Of a stretch of 56,436 bases of DNA, positions 42,467 to 52,608 are shown in pieces (position 1 is the stretch's first letter; every line of letters begins with the position of its first letter). A model generated the notes under the pieces. That model worked only from the letters and a program-made list of their open reading frames with translations, had not been told where the DNA came from and did not search any database. The stretch is from contig NZ_JADGHH010000001.1 of assembly GCF_019689535.1 (NCBI RefSeq), positions 1 to 56,436 on the forward strand, in the 5' to 3' direction. The DNA is from Pigmentiphaga sp. (GTDB lineage: Bacteria; Pseudomonadota; Gammaproteobacteria; Burkholderiales; Burkholderiaceae_B). The translations under genes were made by a program, and so were the position numbers.

Positions 42467-43830
42467 GTAGTTCGTTTCCACGTAAGCCTTATTCGCAAGA
42501 AGGGAGCGCCAATGGCTTGTTCGGCCGCGGGCGATGGCGAGGATGGCCACGCGGCGAGGAAGCAGGGCGCGTTCGCGGCCAGTCGGCCGCACCTGCGAGC
42601 GTGCAATGGACGCAGGGCAACGCGATTGCGCTGCTTGAGAACGGCGAGGCTTTTTTCCCGCGGGTCTTTGAGGCCATCAGCCAGGCGCGCGCCGAGGTGT
42701 TGCTCGAGACGTTCATTCTGTTCGACGACAAGGTGGGCAATGCGCTGCGCAACGTCTTGATCGATGCCGCCCGCCGGGGCGTCTATGTTTCGGTCCTCGT
42801 CGACGGATATGGGTCGACGGATCTACCCGAGGAGTTCCTGGCTGGCCTGATCGAAGCCGGCGTGCATTTCCGGGTATTCGACCCGCGGCCCAAGCTGCTG
42901 GGGATGCGTACCAACGTGTTTCGTCGCCTGCATCGCAAGCTGCTCGTGGTGGATGGTGAAACGGCCTTCGTGGGCGGCATCAACTTCTCCGCCGATCACC
43001 TCGCGGATTTCGGTCCGAGCGCCAAACAGGATTACGCGATCGAAGTGCGCGGGCCGATCGTGGCCCAGATCCGCGATTTCGTCCGCAACGGCACGGTGCC
43101 GCGGGACAAGGCGCGCCGTCGGGCCGCCAGGCCGGCTTCTCCCGCCAAGGAACAGCCGTTGAACGAGGCGGGCGCGGAGTGCCTGCTGGTCGTGCGCGAC
43201 AACAACGCCCACCGGACGGACATCGAGCAACATTACCGGATCGCCATCCGGGCGGCGCAGCGCGAGGTGACCATCGCCAATGCCTATTTCTTCCCCGGTT
43301 ACCGGCTGCTGCGCGACATGCGCAAAGCGGCCAGGCGCGGCGTGCAGGTCAGGCTCATTCTCCAGGGCGAGCCGGACATGCCCATCGTCAAGGTGGCCGC
43401 GCACATGCTGCACGATTACCTGCTCAGCGCGGGCGTGAAGATCTATGAGTATTGCGAGCGTCCGCTGCATGGCAAGGTCGCGGTCGTGGACGACGTGTGG
43501 GCCACGGTGGGGTCGAGCAACCTGGATCCGCTTAGCCTGTCATTGAACCTGGAAGCCAATCTCATCATTCGCGATCCGGCATTCAGCCGCACCTTGCGCG
43601 AACGGCTGGATGCGCTGGTCGAGCGCCATTGTCGGGAAGTTTCTGCGCGCGACACGCGGCCGCGCTCGCGTTGGCGGATGGCGACGTCGTTCATCGTTTT
43701 CCATTTCCTGCGACGCTTCCCCGCGTGGGCCGGCTGGCTGCCTGCGCATGCTCCCAGGCTCGAAAAAGTCGAGCCCGGCCCATCACGCCCGACGGAGACA
43801 CCAGATGCCCACTCTCGTGAGATCGGATAG
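42463..43830 (+). CDS. clsB: Cardiolipin synthase ClsB
   Basis: Two HKD motifs (HRKLLVVD, HGKVAVVD) plus GSSNLDPLSLSLN and GWLPAH; lies in a ybhP-clsB-ybhN operon. Confidence 0.92.
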   Translation: MSSSFPRKPYSQEGSANGLFGRGRWRGWPRGEEAGRVRGQSAAPASVQWTQGNAIALLENGEAFFPRVFEAISQARAEVLLETFILFDDKVGNALRNVLIDAARRGVYVSVLVDGYGSTDLPEEFLAGLIEAGVHFRVFDPRPKLLGMRTNVFRRLHRKLLVVDGETAFVGGINFSADHLADFGPSAKQDYAIEVRGPIVAQIRDFVRNGTVPRDKARRRAARPASPAKEQPLNEAGAECLLVVRDNNAHRTDIEQHYRIAIRAAQREVTIANAYFFPGYRLLRDMRKAARRGVQVRLILQGEPDMPIVKVAAHMLHDYLLSAGVKIYEYCERPLHGKVAVVDDVWATVGSSNLDPLSLSLNLEANLIIRDPAFSRTLRERLDALVERHCREVSARDTRPRSRWRMATSFIVFHFLRRFPAWAGWLPAHAPRLEKVEPGPSRPTETPDAHSREIG

Positions 43831-44791
43831 GGAGGCCGCGCCTTCAGGGCGTGACGACACTCGGCCGTCCAGCCGTCGTGCCTGGTGGCGTTGGGGGCGG
43901 CATGCGCTCACCCTCGGATTCCTGGCGCTCGTGACCTTCCTGCTTGCCCAGCAATGGGAGAAGGTCGAATGGGAGCGCGTGCTGCAATCGATCCGGTCCT
44001 ATTCCCCGCAGATGCTTCTCGCCGCGGGAGGGCTGACGGTGGCAAGCCATTTGCTGTTCGGCGCGTTTGACCAGCTGGGAAAGCGCTACGTCGGCCACAA
44101 GCTCGGCGTGGCGCGTGTCGCCATGATTGCCGGCGTCTGCTATGCGTTTACCTTGAATCTTGGTGCCTTGATCGGCGGCGTGGGCTTCCGTTACCGGCTC
44201 TATTCGCGGGAGGGACTCTCCGCACCCGACATATCCAAGATTTATGCCTTGAGCGTCGTGACCAATTGGCTGGGCTACCTGATTCTGCTAGGCGTGGTCT
44301 TGGTGTGGGGCGGATTGCAGCCTCCGCGGCAATGGGGCATTCCCGCAGGAATGCTGCCCGTGGCCGGCGTCGCGGCATGGGCCGTGGCGGCGGCTTATCT
44401 TGCGATGTGTGCGGTGCGGGGGAGGCGCAGCTTCGAGGTGCGAAAGGTGGAGGTCACCGTGCCCGGACGCCGCCTGGCACTGGCGCAGGTCGTCATGTCG
44501 GTGGCCAATTGGATGATCATGGGCGGGATCCTCTATGTGCTGCTCGGGGGTGAGGTCGACTACTGGCGGGTGCTCGCCGTGTTGCTAGTCAGCGCCGTGG
44601 CCGGAGCGCTGACGCACGTTCCCGCAGGACTGGGCGTATTGGAAACGGTATTCCTTGCGCTGCTCTCTGCGCAGGTGCCTGCCCACCAACTGCTGGGCGC
44701 GCTCCTGGCCTATCGCGCGGTGTATTACCTCGGTCCGCTCGTCCTCGCGGTTTGCCTCTACGCAGGCCTCGAAGCGCGTGCCCGGCGTTGA
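43805..44791 (+). CDS. ybhN: YbhN / UPF0104 lysylphosphatidylglycerol-synthase TM domain protein
   Basis: Multiple TM helices with RYRLYSREG, HVPAGLGVLE and YRAVYY motifs. Confidence 0.85.
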   Translation: MPTLVRSDREAAPSGRDDTRPSSRRAWWRWGRHALTLGFLALVTFLLAQQWEKVEWERVLQSIRSYSPQMLLAAGGLTVASHLLFGAFDQLGKRYVGHKLGVARVAMIAGVCYAFTLNLGALIGGVGFRYRLYSREGLSAPDISKIYALSVVTNWLGYLILLGVVLVWGGLQPPRQWGIPAGMLPVAGVAAWAVAAAYLAMCAVRGRRSFEVRKVEVTVPGRRLALAQVVMSVANWMIMGGILYVLLGGEVDYWRVLAVLLVSAVAGALTHVPAGLGVLETVFLALLSAQVPAHQLLGALLAYRAVYYLGPLVLAVCLYAGLEARARR

Positions 44792-44981
44792 TTTTCCCAG
44801 CGCGCTGCGCAGCCATTCAGTCGTGGTGCAGCCGCTCCCAGGCGCAAAGTGTTGCGCCGGCGTCGCGTGGTTCGCCACAGGACTGTATGGAACGTAAACG
44901 TTTGCTATCGGCCGGGATCCGGGGCCGAAAGTTTCTTTCTGATGAGCTAGCATCGAATCACAGCACTCCTGGAGACTGGCC

Positions 44982-45281
44982 ATGAATCATGTCGTCGACC
45001 ATCTCGCCGTACAGTATTTCCTGAAGGCCCGGGTCCACGATCTCCCTGAAGGGCAGTTCCGTGGGTATGTTGAGGTCACGGCCCGCTCGGGCAAGGATAT
45101 GCTGGACAGCCGGCTCAAATACTGTCCGCTGATCCGCGGGACGTGGAATGAAGCGCTCGAGGATGCGGAGCGGTTGGCAACGAACCTGCGTGACACCGAT
45201 TATCGCGACGGCGATTGCTTCGTGTTTTCCGTGCGGGAGGCCAGCAGCTTCGACGCGCTGATGACCTTGCTCGGCCGGTAA
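44982..45281 (+). CDS. Small hypothetical protein
   Basis: 99 aa with a GGAGA RBS; fills the gap between genes and has globular composition. Confidence 0.6.
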   Translation: MNHVVDHLAVQYFLKARVHDLPEGQFRGYVEVTARSGKDMLDSRLKYCPLIRGTWNEALEDAERLATNLRDTDYRDGDCFVFSVREASSFDALMTLLGR

Positions 45282-45302
45282 GCCATTGTCGCCGCCGCGG
45301 GC

Positions 45303-46169
45303 TCAACCGTTGATGATCTCCCCTCCGTTCGGGTGCAAGACTTGGCCCGTCATATAGCTCGCGTCGTCCGACGCGAGGAAGACGTAGCACGGCGCGACTT
45401 CTTCGGGTTGCCCGGGGCGTTTCATTGGAACGCTGGCGCCGAAGGTAGCCACTTCTTCGGCGCTGAATGAAGCGGGAATCAACGGCGTCCAGATGGGGCC
45501 GGGCGCGACGGCGTTGACGCGTATGCCGCGTTCGACAACCGCCGCCGAGAGCGAGCGGGTAAATGCCACGATCGCGCCCTTGGTCGAGGCGTAATCGATC
45601 AGGTGCGCGCTGCCGCGGTAGGCCGTCACCGATGTCGTGTTGATGATGGCAGCTCCGGCAGTCAGGTGCGGCAACGCCTCCCGGGTCAGGTTGAACATGC
45701 CGAAGAAATTGGTGCGGAAGGTCCGTTCCAGTTGGGCGCTATCGATGTCTTCCAGGGCGTTTTGCGGATGTTGTTCGGCCGCGTTGTTGACCAGGATGTC
45801 AATGCGTCCGAATTCCCTCAAGGCGCGCCGCACGACTTCCCTGGCGTGGGACTCGCTGCCCAGGTCTCCCGCCATGCTTACGCAGCGTCGGCCGGTCTTC
45901 TCGATCTGCCGGCGGGTGTCTTCGGCGTCGCCACTCTCATCGAGGTAAGTGAACAGGACGTCCGCGCCTTCCATGGCAAAGGCGACCGCGACGGCTCGGC
46001 CAATGCCGCTATCGCCGCCCGTGACGATGGCGCACCGGCCTTTCAGCTTGTCGGACCCGCGATATCCCGGGCCGGTGGACTTCGGCTGCGGATGCATCGC
46101 GCTTTGGATCCCCGGCTGCTTGGATTGCGCCTGTGGGGGCAGCGTGCGTTGTTCTGGATCGCCCGGCAT
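45303..46169 (-). CDS. SDR oxidoreductase (general stress protein 39 / YghA-YdaD-like)
   Basis: Q.Q..PG....M.P.P N-terminus, TGGDSGIG, NNA, Y.STK and PGPIWTPL motifs. Confidence 0.9.
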   Translation of the reverse strand: MPGDPEQRTLPPQAQSKQPGIQSAMHPQPKSTGPGYRGSDKLKGRCAIVTGGDSGIGRAVAVAFAMEGADVLFTYLDESGDAEDTRRQIEKTGRRCVSMAGDLGSESHAREVVRRALREFGRIDILVNNAAEQHPQNALEDIDSAQLERTFRTNFFGMFNLTREALPHLTAGAAIINTTSVTAYRGSAHLIDYASTKGAIVAFTRSLSAAVVERGIRVNAVAPGPIWTPLIPASFSAEEVATFGASVPMKRPGQPEEVAPCYVFLASDDASYMTGQVLHPNGGEIING

Positions 46170-46205
46170 GGTCGTCTCCTGGAGAAGTGTGCATGCCGGG
46201 CCTGC

Positions 46206-46221
46206 AGCAACTACCGTGCCG
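46206..46221 (-). promoter_or_regulatory. Putative sigma54 promoter of the SDR gene
   Basis: Minus strand reads CGGCACGGTAGTTGCT, close to consensus GGCACG-N4-TTGC, about 37 bp before the ATG. Confidence 0.7.
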
Positions 46222-46231
46222 CGCGAGGCAT

Positions 46232-46873
46232 CTAGGCTGGGACCGCGTCGACGGCGGGGCCGCCTTCGTAGGGCACGTCGAGCAGCTCGAAAACCTGCAT
46301 CGCCAATTCAAGGCAGGCGTTGGTCAGCTGCCAGGGCAGCGTACGGGGAATGCGGTCTTGCAGCAGGAGTTTGGTGGCGTGCAGATGCGGGATCGGGTCG
46401 AGCAGGCGATGCTGATAGTCGCCCAGCAGCAGGGAGACCGATGCCTCGGCTTCCCGCCTGGCCGGCTCGTCCGTCGGCCATTGCGAGGGGAGCCCCCAGG
46501 CGCGAGGCATCCATTCGAGGTCGCGCAGCACCGTGCGCATGTCTTCGTGAGAGTCGCGAAAGGGCAGTAGCACCAGGTCGGCCTGGTTGGCGAGATGGCT
46601 GTCGATGTCGGGGCGATTGCCGCCGCCGTCGATGACGCCGAACCAGTCGTCGACATGATTCAGCGTCGCGACGACTTTGGACAGGTTGCCGGGCTCCCTT
46701 GCGTCGAATGGCAGGTACCGCCGCCCATCCTTGGAGAGGCGCTCGCGCTCGAGATCCGTGAGCACGCACACGACGCGCTTGCCGAGCAGCGCCATGCCGT
46801 GCGAGATCATGTGGGACAGCGTCGTCTTGCCGGTGCCGCCCTTGTTACCCAGGATGCACACGATCTGGGCCAT
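46232..46873 (-). CDS. Orphan ParA/MinD-like ATPase
   Basis: Deviant Walker A NKGGTGKTT, VIDGGG and ADLVLLP motifs. Confidence 0.8.
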   Translation of the reverse strand: MAQIVCILGNKGGTGKTTLSHMISHGMALLGKRVVCVLTDLERERLSKDGRRYLPFDAREPGNLSKVVATLNHVDDWFGVIDGGGNRPDIDSHLANQADLVLLPFRDSHEDMRTVLRDLEWMPRAWGLPSQWPTDEPARREAEASVSLLLGDYQHRLLDPIPHLHATKLLLQDRIPRTLPWQLTNACLELAMQVFELLDVPYEGGPAVDAVPA

Positions 46874-47066
46874 GCCTGTATACCCTTGCCCTCATGCGCC
46901 GTGAGTCCCGGCGGCGTGGGCGCCGCATGAACGGAAAATGACCGCGGGGCACGGGCGCAGCGTACCCGGGCAGGAGTATGGCGTGAACGGGCAGGCCGCA
47001 AAGCCTGGATTAGAAGGCTTTCGGCGGGTTAGTTCCGTAATGGGGCTTCGTGGGGCGCTGCATCGC

Positions 47067-48080
47067 TCACGCAGCGCGCCGCCGGTTGGCTTGCGCGACG
47101 GTCGACCAGGCGTCCCCGATCAGTGCGGGATCATTGGCTGCGAGCAGGCGGCTGTCGGAGAGCATCTGGCGCCACCGTCGCGCCCCGCCCTGGCCGTTGA
47201 ACAAACCCAGCATGTGCCGCACGATCGCCCGCAAAGGCACGCCGCGGGCGACCTGCTCACCGGCGTAGGCGGTCATCGCGGCGATGACCGCCTCATCGTC
47301 GGGTATGGGGGTCTCAGGCCAGAGTTCCTGCGAGATTTCCGACAGCACGCGGGGGCGCTGGTAGGCCTCCCGGCCCAGCATGACGCCATCGAGCTCGCCG
47401 CCGCCGTGCCCGATGTGCGAGAGGGCGGACCCGGCTTCGACCAGGCCGCCGTTGAGCACGAAGGATGCTTGCGGAAAGTCCCGCTTGAGCTGGCGGGCCA
47501 CGTGATAGCGCAGCGGCGGGATTTCTCGGTTTTCTTTCGGGGAGAGCCCTTTCAGGACGGCGTTGCGGGCGTGCACGATGAACACTTCGCAGCCCGCCGC
47601 GTGCACCGTTCCCACGAAGTCGCGCACGAATTCGTAGGACTCGTCGTAGTCCAATCCGATCCGGTGTTTGACCGTGACAGGGATGTCGACGGCATCGCGC
47701 ATGGCCTTGACGCAATCGGCCACCAGGGCCGGCTCGGACATCAGGCAGGCGCCAAAGGCCCCTTTTTGCACCCGGTCCGAAGGGCAGCCGCAGTTCAGGT
47801 TGATCTCGTCATAGCCCCAATCCCGCCCGGCTTTGGCGGCACGGGCGAGGGCATGCGGCTCGTTGCCGCCCAATTGCAGCGCAACCGGATGTTCGGCCGG
47901 ATCGAAATCCAAGTGCCGGGCCGCGTCGCCGTACAAAATGGCGCCGGTGGCGATCATCTCGGTATAGAGGCGCGCCCGCGGCGCGAGAAGTCGATGGAAG
48001 AACCGGCAATGACGGTCCGTCCAGTCGATCATGGGGGCTACGCACAGCGCCCAGCCGGCAGGTCGTTGGTGGGAAAGCAT
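47067..48080 (-). CDS. dusA: tRNA-dihydrouridine(20/20a) synthase DusA
   Basis: APMIDWTDRHCR, NLNCGCPSDRVQ.G.FGACLM, VHARNA and GLSPKENR motifs. Confidence 0.95.
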   Translation of the reverse strand: MLSHQRPAGWALCVAPMIDWTDRHCRFFHRLLAPRARLYTEMIATGAILYGDAARHLDFDPAEHPVALQLGGNEPHALARAAKAGRDWGYDEINLNCGCPSDRVQKGAFGACLMSEPALVADCVKAMRDAVDIPVTVKHRIGLDYDESYEFVRDFVGTVHAAGCEVFIVHARNAVLKGLSPKENREIPPLRYHVARQLKRDFPQASFVLNGGLVEAGSALSHIGHGGGELDGVMLGREAYQRPRVLSEISQELWPETPIPDDEAVIAAMTAYAGEQVARGVPLRAIVRHMLGLFNGQGGARRWRQMLSDSRLLAANDPALIGDAWSTVAQANRRRAA

Positions 48081-48107
48081 AAGGGGAAATGATAACCCGC
48101 CGGCGCA

Positions 48108-48196
48108 GGGGCTCCCGCGTGTGCGGGGGGCCAGGCGCCACAATCGGGCAATCGCCGGCCGTGCCATCGGGGCTCCCGCGTGTGCGGTGGGCCAGG
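48108..48196. repeat. Two 28-bp direct repeats with hairpin core, 61-bp period
   Basis: GGGGCTCCCGCGTGTGCGG(G/T)GGGCCAGG at 48108-48135 and 48169-48196 (27/28 identical), separated by 33 unique bp. Confidence 0.8.
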
Positions 48197-48237
48197 ACGC
48201 GATATCATCTCGTCACCTTTCACCTGGAGCCCTCCCC

Positions 48238-48612
48238 ATGCGCACCTCCTTCCTCGCCGCTTCGCTCCTGTTGCTCGCCGGCATGGGTGCGGCCCAGGCC
48301 GACAACCTGAGTTTTCTGAACGAATCCATTCTCCTGCACATTCCCAAGGCGCAGGTGTCGAATTTCTCGAACGAAGTCGGGCGTGTGCTCAACGAGGTCG
48401 CAGACGGCCAGCGCGCCACGTGGGCCAGCACCCCGGTGCGCCAGGTGCCTCCGGTCACGGTTTCCTTTGCGCCCCGCAACACCGTGCAAACCGCCAAGGG
48501 CCAGACCTGCCGCTTCCTGGCCGCGGACGTCACCCAGGGCAAGTCGAGGGAAAACTGGGGCTTCTGGTTCTGCAAGCAGGACGACGGTACTTGGAAGGCG
48601 AGCGCCCGGTGA
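48238..48612 (+). CDS. Secreted small protein, 17-kDa surface antigen (RT0821/Lpp0805)-like
   Basis: Signal peptide ending in AQA, then G...W and CR....FCKQDDGTWK with two Cys. Confidence 0.6.
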   Translation: MRTSFLAASLLLLAGMGAAQADNLSFLNESILLHIPKAQVSNFSNEVGRVLNEVADGQRATWASTPVRQVPPVTVSFAPRNTVQTAKGQTCRFLAADVTQGKSRENWGFWFCKQDDGTWKASAR

Positions 48613-48619
48613 GTCCTGC

Positions 48620-50023
48620 TCAGGGCGGCAGGATCTTGCCCGGGTTCATCAGGCCTTCGGGATCGAGCGCGCGCTTGATCCGATGCATCAGGTCGAGTTC
48701 AAGCGCGCTCTTGTAGCGCGCCATTTCTTCGCGCTTGAGCTGGCCGATGCCATGCTCGGCGCTGATGGAGCCGCCGTGGGCATGGACGCTGTCATGCACC
48801 AAGCGGTAGACCTCGTCTTGCCGGGCCAGGAAGTCGGCCTCGGGAATTTCTGGCGGGCGGCTGACGTTGTAGTGCAGGTTGCCGTCGCCGAGATGGCCGA
48901 ACGTGATGTGGCGCACACCCGGAACCGCGGCCTGGAGCATGGCGTCGGTGGCGGCCACGAAGGCGGCGATGCGGGAAGTGGGCACGGAAATATCGTGCTT
49001 GATGTTCTTGCCTTCCCACGCCTGGGCGGCTGAAATGTTCTCGCGCAGTAGCCACAGCGCCCGGCTCTGCGCAATGCTGGAGGCCACCACAGCGTCTTCC
49101 ACGGTGCCTTGTTCCACCGCGGCCTGCAGTACCTCTTGGAAGCGAGCCTGTGCGTGCTCCTCGCTCTCGCTGTCGGAAACTTCCAGCAACGCGTACCAAG
49201 GGGCCGCCGGAAGCGGCAGCTTCTGGTCGGGAAATGCCCGGGTGACGACTTCGAGACTGGCATATGACATGACCTCGAACCCCGTCAAGTCCGCCCCCAG
49301 GCCCGCGCGCGCCTGATTGAGCAAGGCCACGGCGGCCTCCAGCGACGGCAGGCTGACCATCGCCGTGCATTGGGCTTTCGGCAGGGGAAAGAGTCTCAAC
49401 GTGGCGGCGGTGATGATGCCGAGCGTCCCTTCGCTGCCGATGTAGAGGTTGCGCAGGTCGTAGCCGGTGTTGTCCTTGCGCAGGCCGCGCAATCCATCCC
49501 AGACTTCGCCTTCGGCCGTGACCACCTCGAGCCCCAGTGCCAGTTCCCGGGCGTTGCCGTAGCGAAGCACCTGGGTGCCGCCGGCGTTGGTGGCGAGGTT
49601 GCCGCCCACCGTGCAGCTGCCCTCGGAGGCGAGGCTGAGCGGGAAGAGCCGCCCCGCCTGACGCGCCCAATCCTGTACCGTTTGCAGGACGCAGCCCGCC
49701 TCCACGGTGATGGTGTCGTTGTCGGTATCGATGGCGCGCAGGCGGTCCAGGCGCCGGGTCGATATGACGACGGCACGGCCGCTGCCGTCAGGCGTTGCAC
49801 CACCGGCCAGGCCGGTGTTGCCGCCCTGGGGCACGATGGGCGCGCCATACCGGCGGCAGAGCTTGACGACTTGGGCGACTTCGTGCGTGTTGGCCGGCCG
49901 CGTGACGGCATAGGCCGAGCCGGTATAGCGCCCGCGCCAGTCGGTGAGGTAGGGTGCGGCGTCGGCGCCGGTAAGCACCTGTTCGGCGCCCAACGCGCTC
50001 TTGAGCTCGGTCAGCAAATCCAT
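48620..50023 (-). CDS. FAD-binding oxidoreductase (D-2-hydroxyacid dehydrogenase, GlcD-like)
   Basis: PQGGNTGL, GGNLATNAGG, GSEGTLG, HLGDGNLH and SAEHGIG motifs. Confidence 0.9.
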   Translation of the reverse strand: MDLLTELKSALGAEQVLTGADAAPYLTDWRGRYTGSAYAVTRPANTHEVAQVVKLCRRYGAPIVPQGGNTGLAGGATPDGSGRAVVISTRRLDRLRAIDTDNDTITVEAGCVLQTVQDWARQAGRLFPLSLASEGSCTVGGNLATNAGGTQVLRYGNARELALGLEVVTAEGEVWDGLRGLRKDNTGYDLRNLYIGSEGTLGIITAATLRLFPLPKAQCTAMVSLPSLEAAVALLNQARAGLGADLTGFEVMSYASLEVVTRAFPDQKLPLPAAPWYALLEVSDSESEEHAQARFQEVLQAAVEQGTVEDAVVASSIAQSRALWLLRENISAAQAWEGKNIKHDISVPTSRIAAFVAATDAMLQAAVPGVRHITFGHLGDGNLHYNVSRPPEIPEADFLARQDEVYRLVHDSVHAHGGSISAEHGIGQLKREEMARYKSALELDLMHRIKRALDPEGLMNPGKILPP

Positions 50024-50074
50024 GCATCCTCCATTGGCGCCCGGCCGGGCGAAACACGGGACATGGCGCGGCCC

Positions 50075-51087
<1,013 letters not shown>

Positions 51088-51102
51088 CTATTATCTCCCC
51101 TC

Positions 51103-52566
51103 ATGGTCCAGAACGCTTCCGAAATGTCCAACGTTTCCGCGGCCACGCCCGCCCTTTCCGGTCCCGACGCCGCGGAGCGTCCGGAATCCCGCACCGCCGC
51201 GTTGCGCCGCCGCCTCCTGGCCCGGGAGTCTTGGCTGGCGCGGCTGGGGCGCTTGCTCCGGTTTGCGATGCAGCGGGCGGCAGAGGAGCGCATTGCACAG
51301 GTAGCCTCCAGCCTGACCTTCACCTCGGTATTGTCCATGGTGCCCCTGCTTGCCGTGGCGTTGGCGCTGTTCACCGCGTTTCCGCTGTTCCGTGAGTTCC
51401 AAGGAGCCTTGGAAGGGTTTCTAGTCGGCAACCTTATGCCCCCCGCAGTGGCCGACAACATCATGGACTACCTCAACGACTTTGCCCAGAAAGCGAGTAA
51501 GTTGACGGCAGTCGGGGGCATATTCCTGATGTTCACTGCCGTCTCGCTGATGCTGACCATCGACAAGGCGCTCAACGAGATCTGGCACGTGCGCAAGCGC
51601 CGCCCCTTGCCGCAGCGCGTGTTGATCTACTGGGCGACCCTGACGCTCGGCCCCGTGCTGATCGGTGCCAGCCTCTGGGCCACTTCATTCCTCGTGCGCG
51701 AGTCCATGGGGCTGGTGGGAGACGTGCCCGCGCCCATCGGCGTCCTCGTCTCGTTCATCCCCCTGATCCTGACCGGCTTTGCATTCGCGGCCCTGTTCAT
51801 GGTCGTGCCCAATCGGCATGTCGAGGCGCGCGACGCGCTGACGGGGGGCTTTGCGGCGGCCATCGTGCTCGAAATCATGAAATCGGGCTTTGCGTTCTAC
51901 CTTTCACGTTTTCCGACCTACACCATTGTGTACGGCGCCTTCGCGACGCTGCCCATCTTCCTGTTGTGGGTGTACCTTTCCTGGCTCGTGACGCTCTTCG
52001 GCGCGACGCTGGCCGCCAGCCTGCCCCTGATTCGCATGGGCCGCTGGGAGACGGCGCGGCACCCTGGGGCGGCTTTCGTGGATGCGCTGTCGATCTTGCG
52101 GGCCCTGGCCGTTGCGCGCGACCGCAATCCGCCCGGCCTGAGCACGATCGCGCTGCGCGCCCGCCTCAACCTTCACCATGACGAATTGATGGTCGTGCTC
52201 GATACCCTCGCCAGCATCGGGTACATCGCCCGGATCGGTGATGCCGGCAGCGCGCGCGAACGGTGGGCGATGGTGTGCGATCCCACCGTCGCCACGCTCG
52301 AGCCCGTGGTGGAGAAACTCCTGCTCGATCGCAAGCCCCTGGCTGGCGACCCTGCGCTGCTGCGCGCGGTGAATGCCGCGTGGGAGGAGGGTTCGATAAC
52401 CATCGCCGAGGCCCTTGCGCAGCGGCCGGAAGACATCGAGGAAGAGCGCGAGCTCGATCGGGAGCTGGAACGGAAATTGGAAGCGGCGACAGATCCGGCA
52501 GAAACCGGCCAAGACGCCGCCGAAGCCGTGCATGACGAGCGCCTGCGCCGCGCGCGCGCATCCTGA
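51103..52566 (+). CDS. YihY/BrkB family inner membrane protein with C-terminal extension
   Basis: ASSLTFTSVLS.VP, LNEIW, VYGAFA.LPIFLLW.Y.SW motifs. Start uncertain (51103 or 51124). Confidence 0.88.
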   Translation: MVQNASEMSNVSAATPALSGPDAAERPESRTAALRRRLLARESWLARLGRLLRFAMQRAAEERIAQVASSLTFTSVLSMVPLLAVALALFTAFPLFREFQGALEGFLVGNLMPPAVADNIMDYLNDFAQKASKLTAVGGIFLMFTAVSLMLTIDKALNEIWHVRKRRPLPQRVLIYWATLTLGPVLIGASLWATSFLVRESMGLVGDVPAPIGVLVSFIPLILTGFAFAALFMVVPNRHVEARDALTGGFAAAIVLEIMKSGFAFYLSRFPTYTIVYGAFATLPIFLLWVYLSWLVTLFGATLAASLPLIRMGRWETARHPGAAFVDALSILRALAVARDRNPPGLSTIALRARLNLHHDELMVVLDTLASIGYIARIGDAGSARERWAMVCDPTVATLEPVVEKLLLDRKPLAGDPALLRAVNAAWEEGSITIAEALAQRPEDIEEERELDRELERKLEAATDPAETGQDAAEAVHDERLRRARAS

Positions 52567-52608
52567 GGCTAGAGGCCGGGCATTGCGCCCGGCAAGCTTA
52601 CGGCACCC

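Noticed and set aside
47067-48240. Possible dusA-associated genomic island
   Set aside because: dusA is intact, and no integrase or duplicated dusA 5' fragment is visible in the window.
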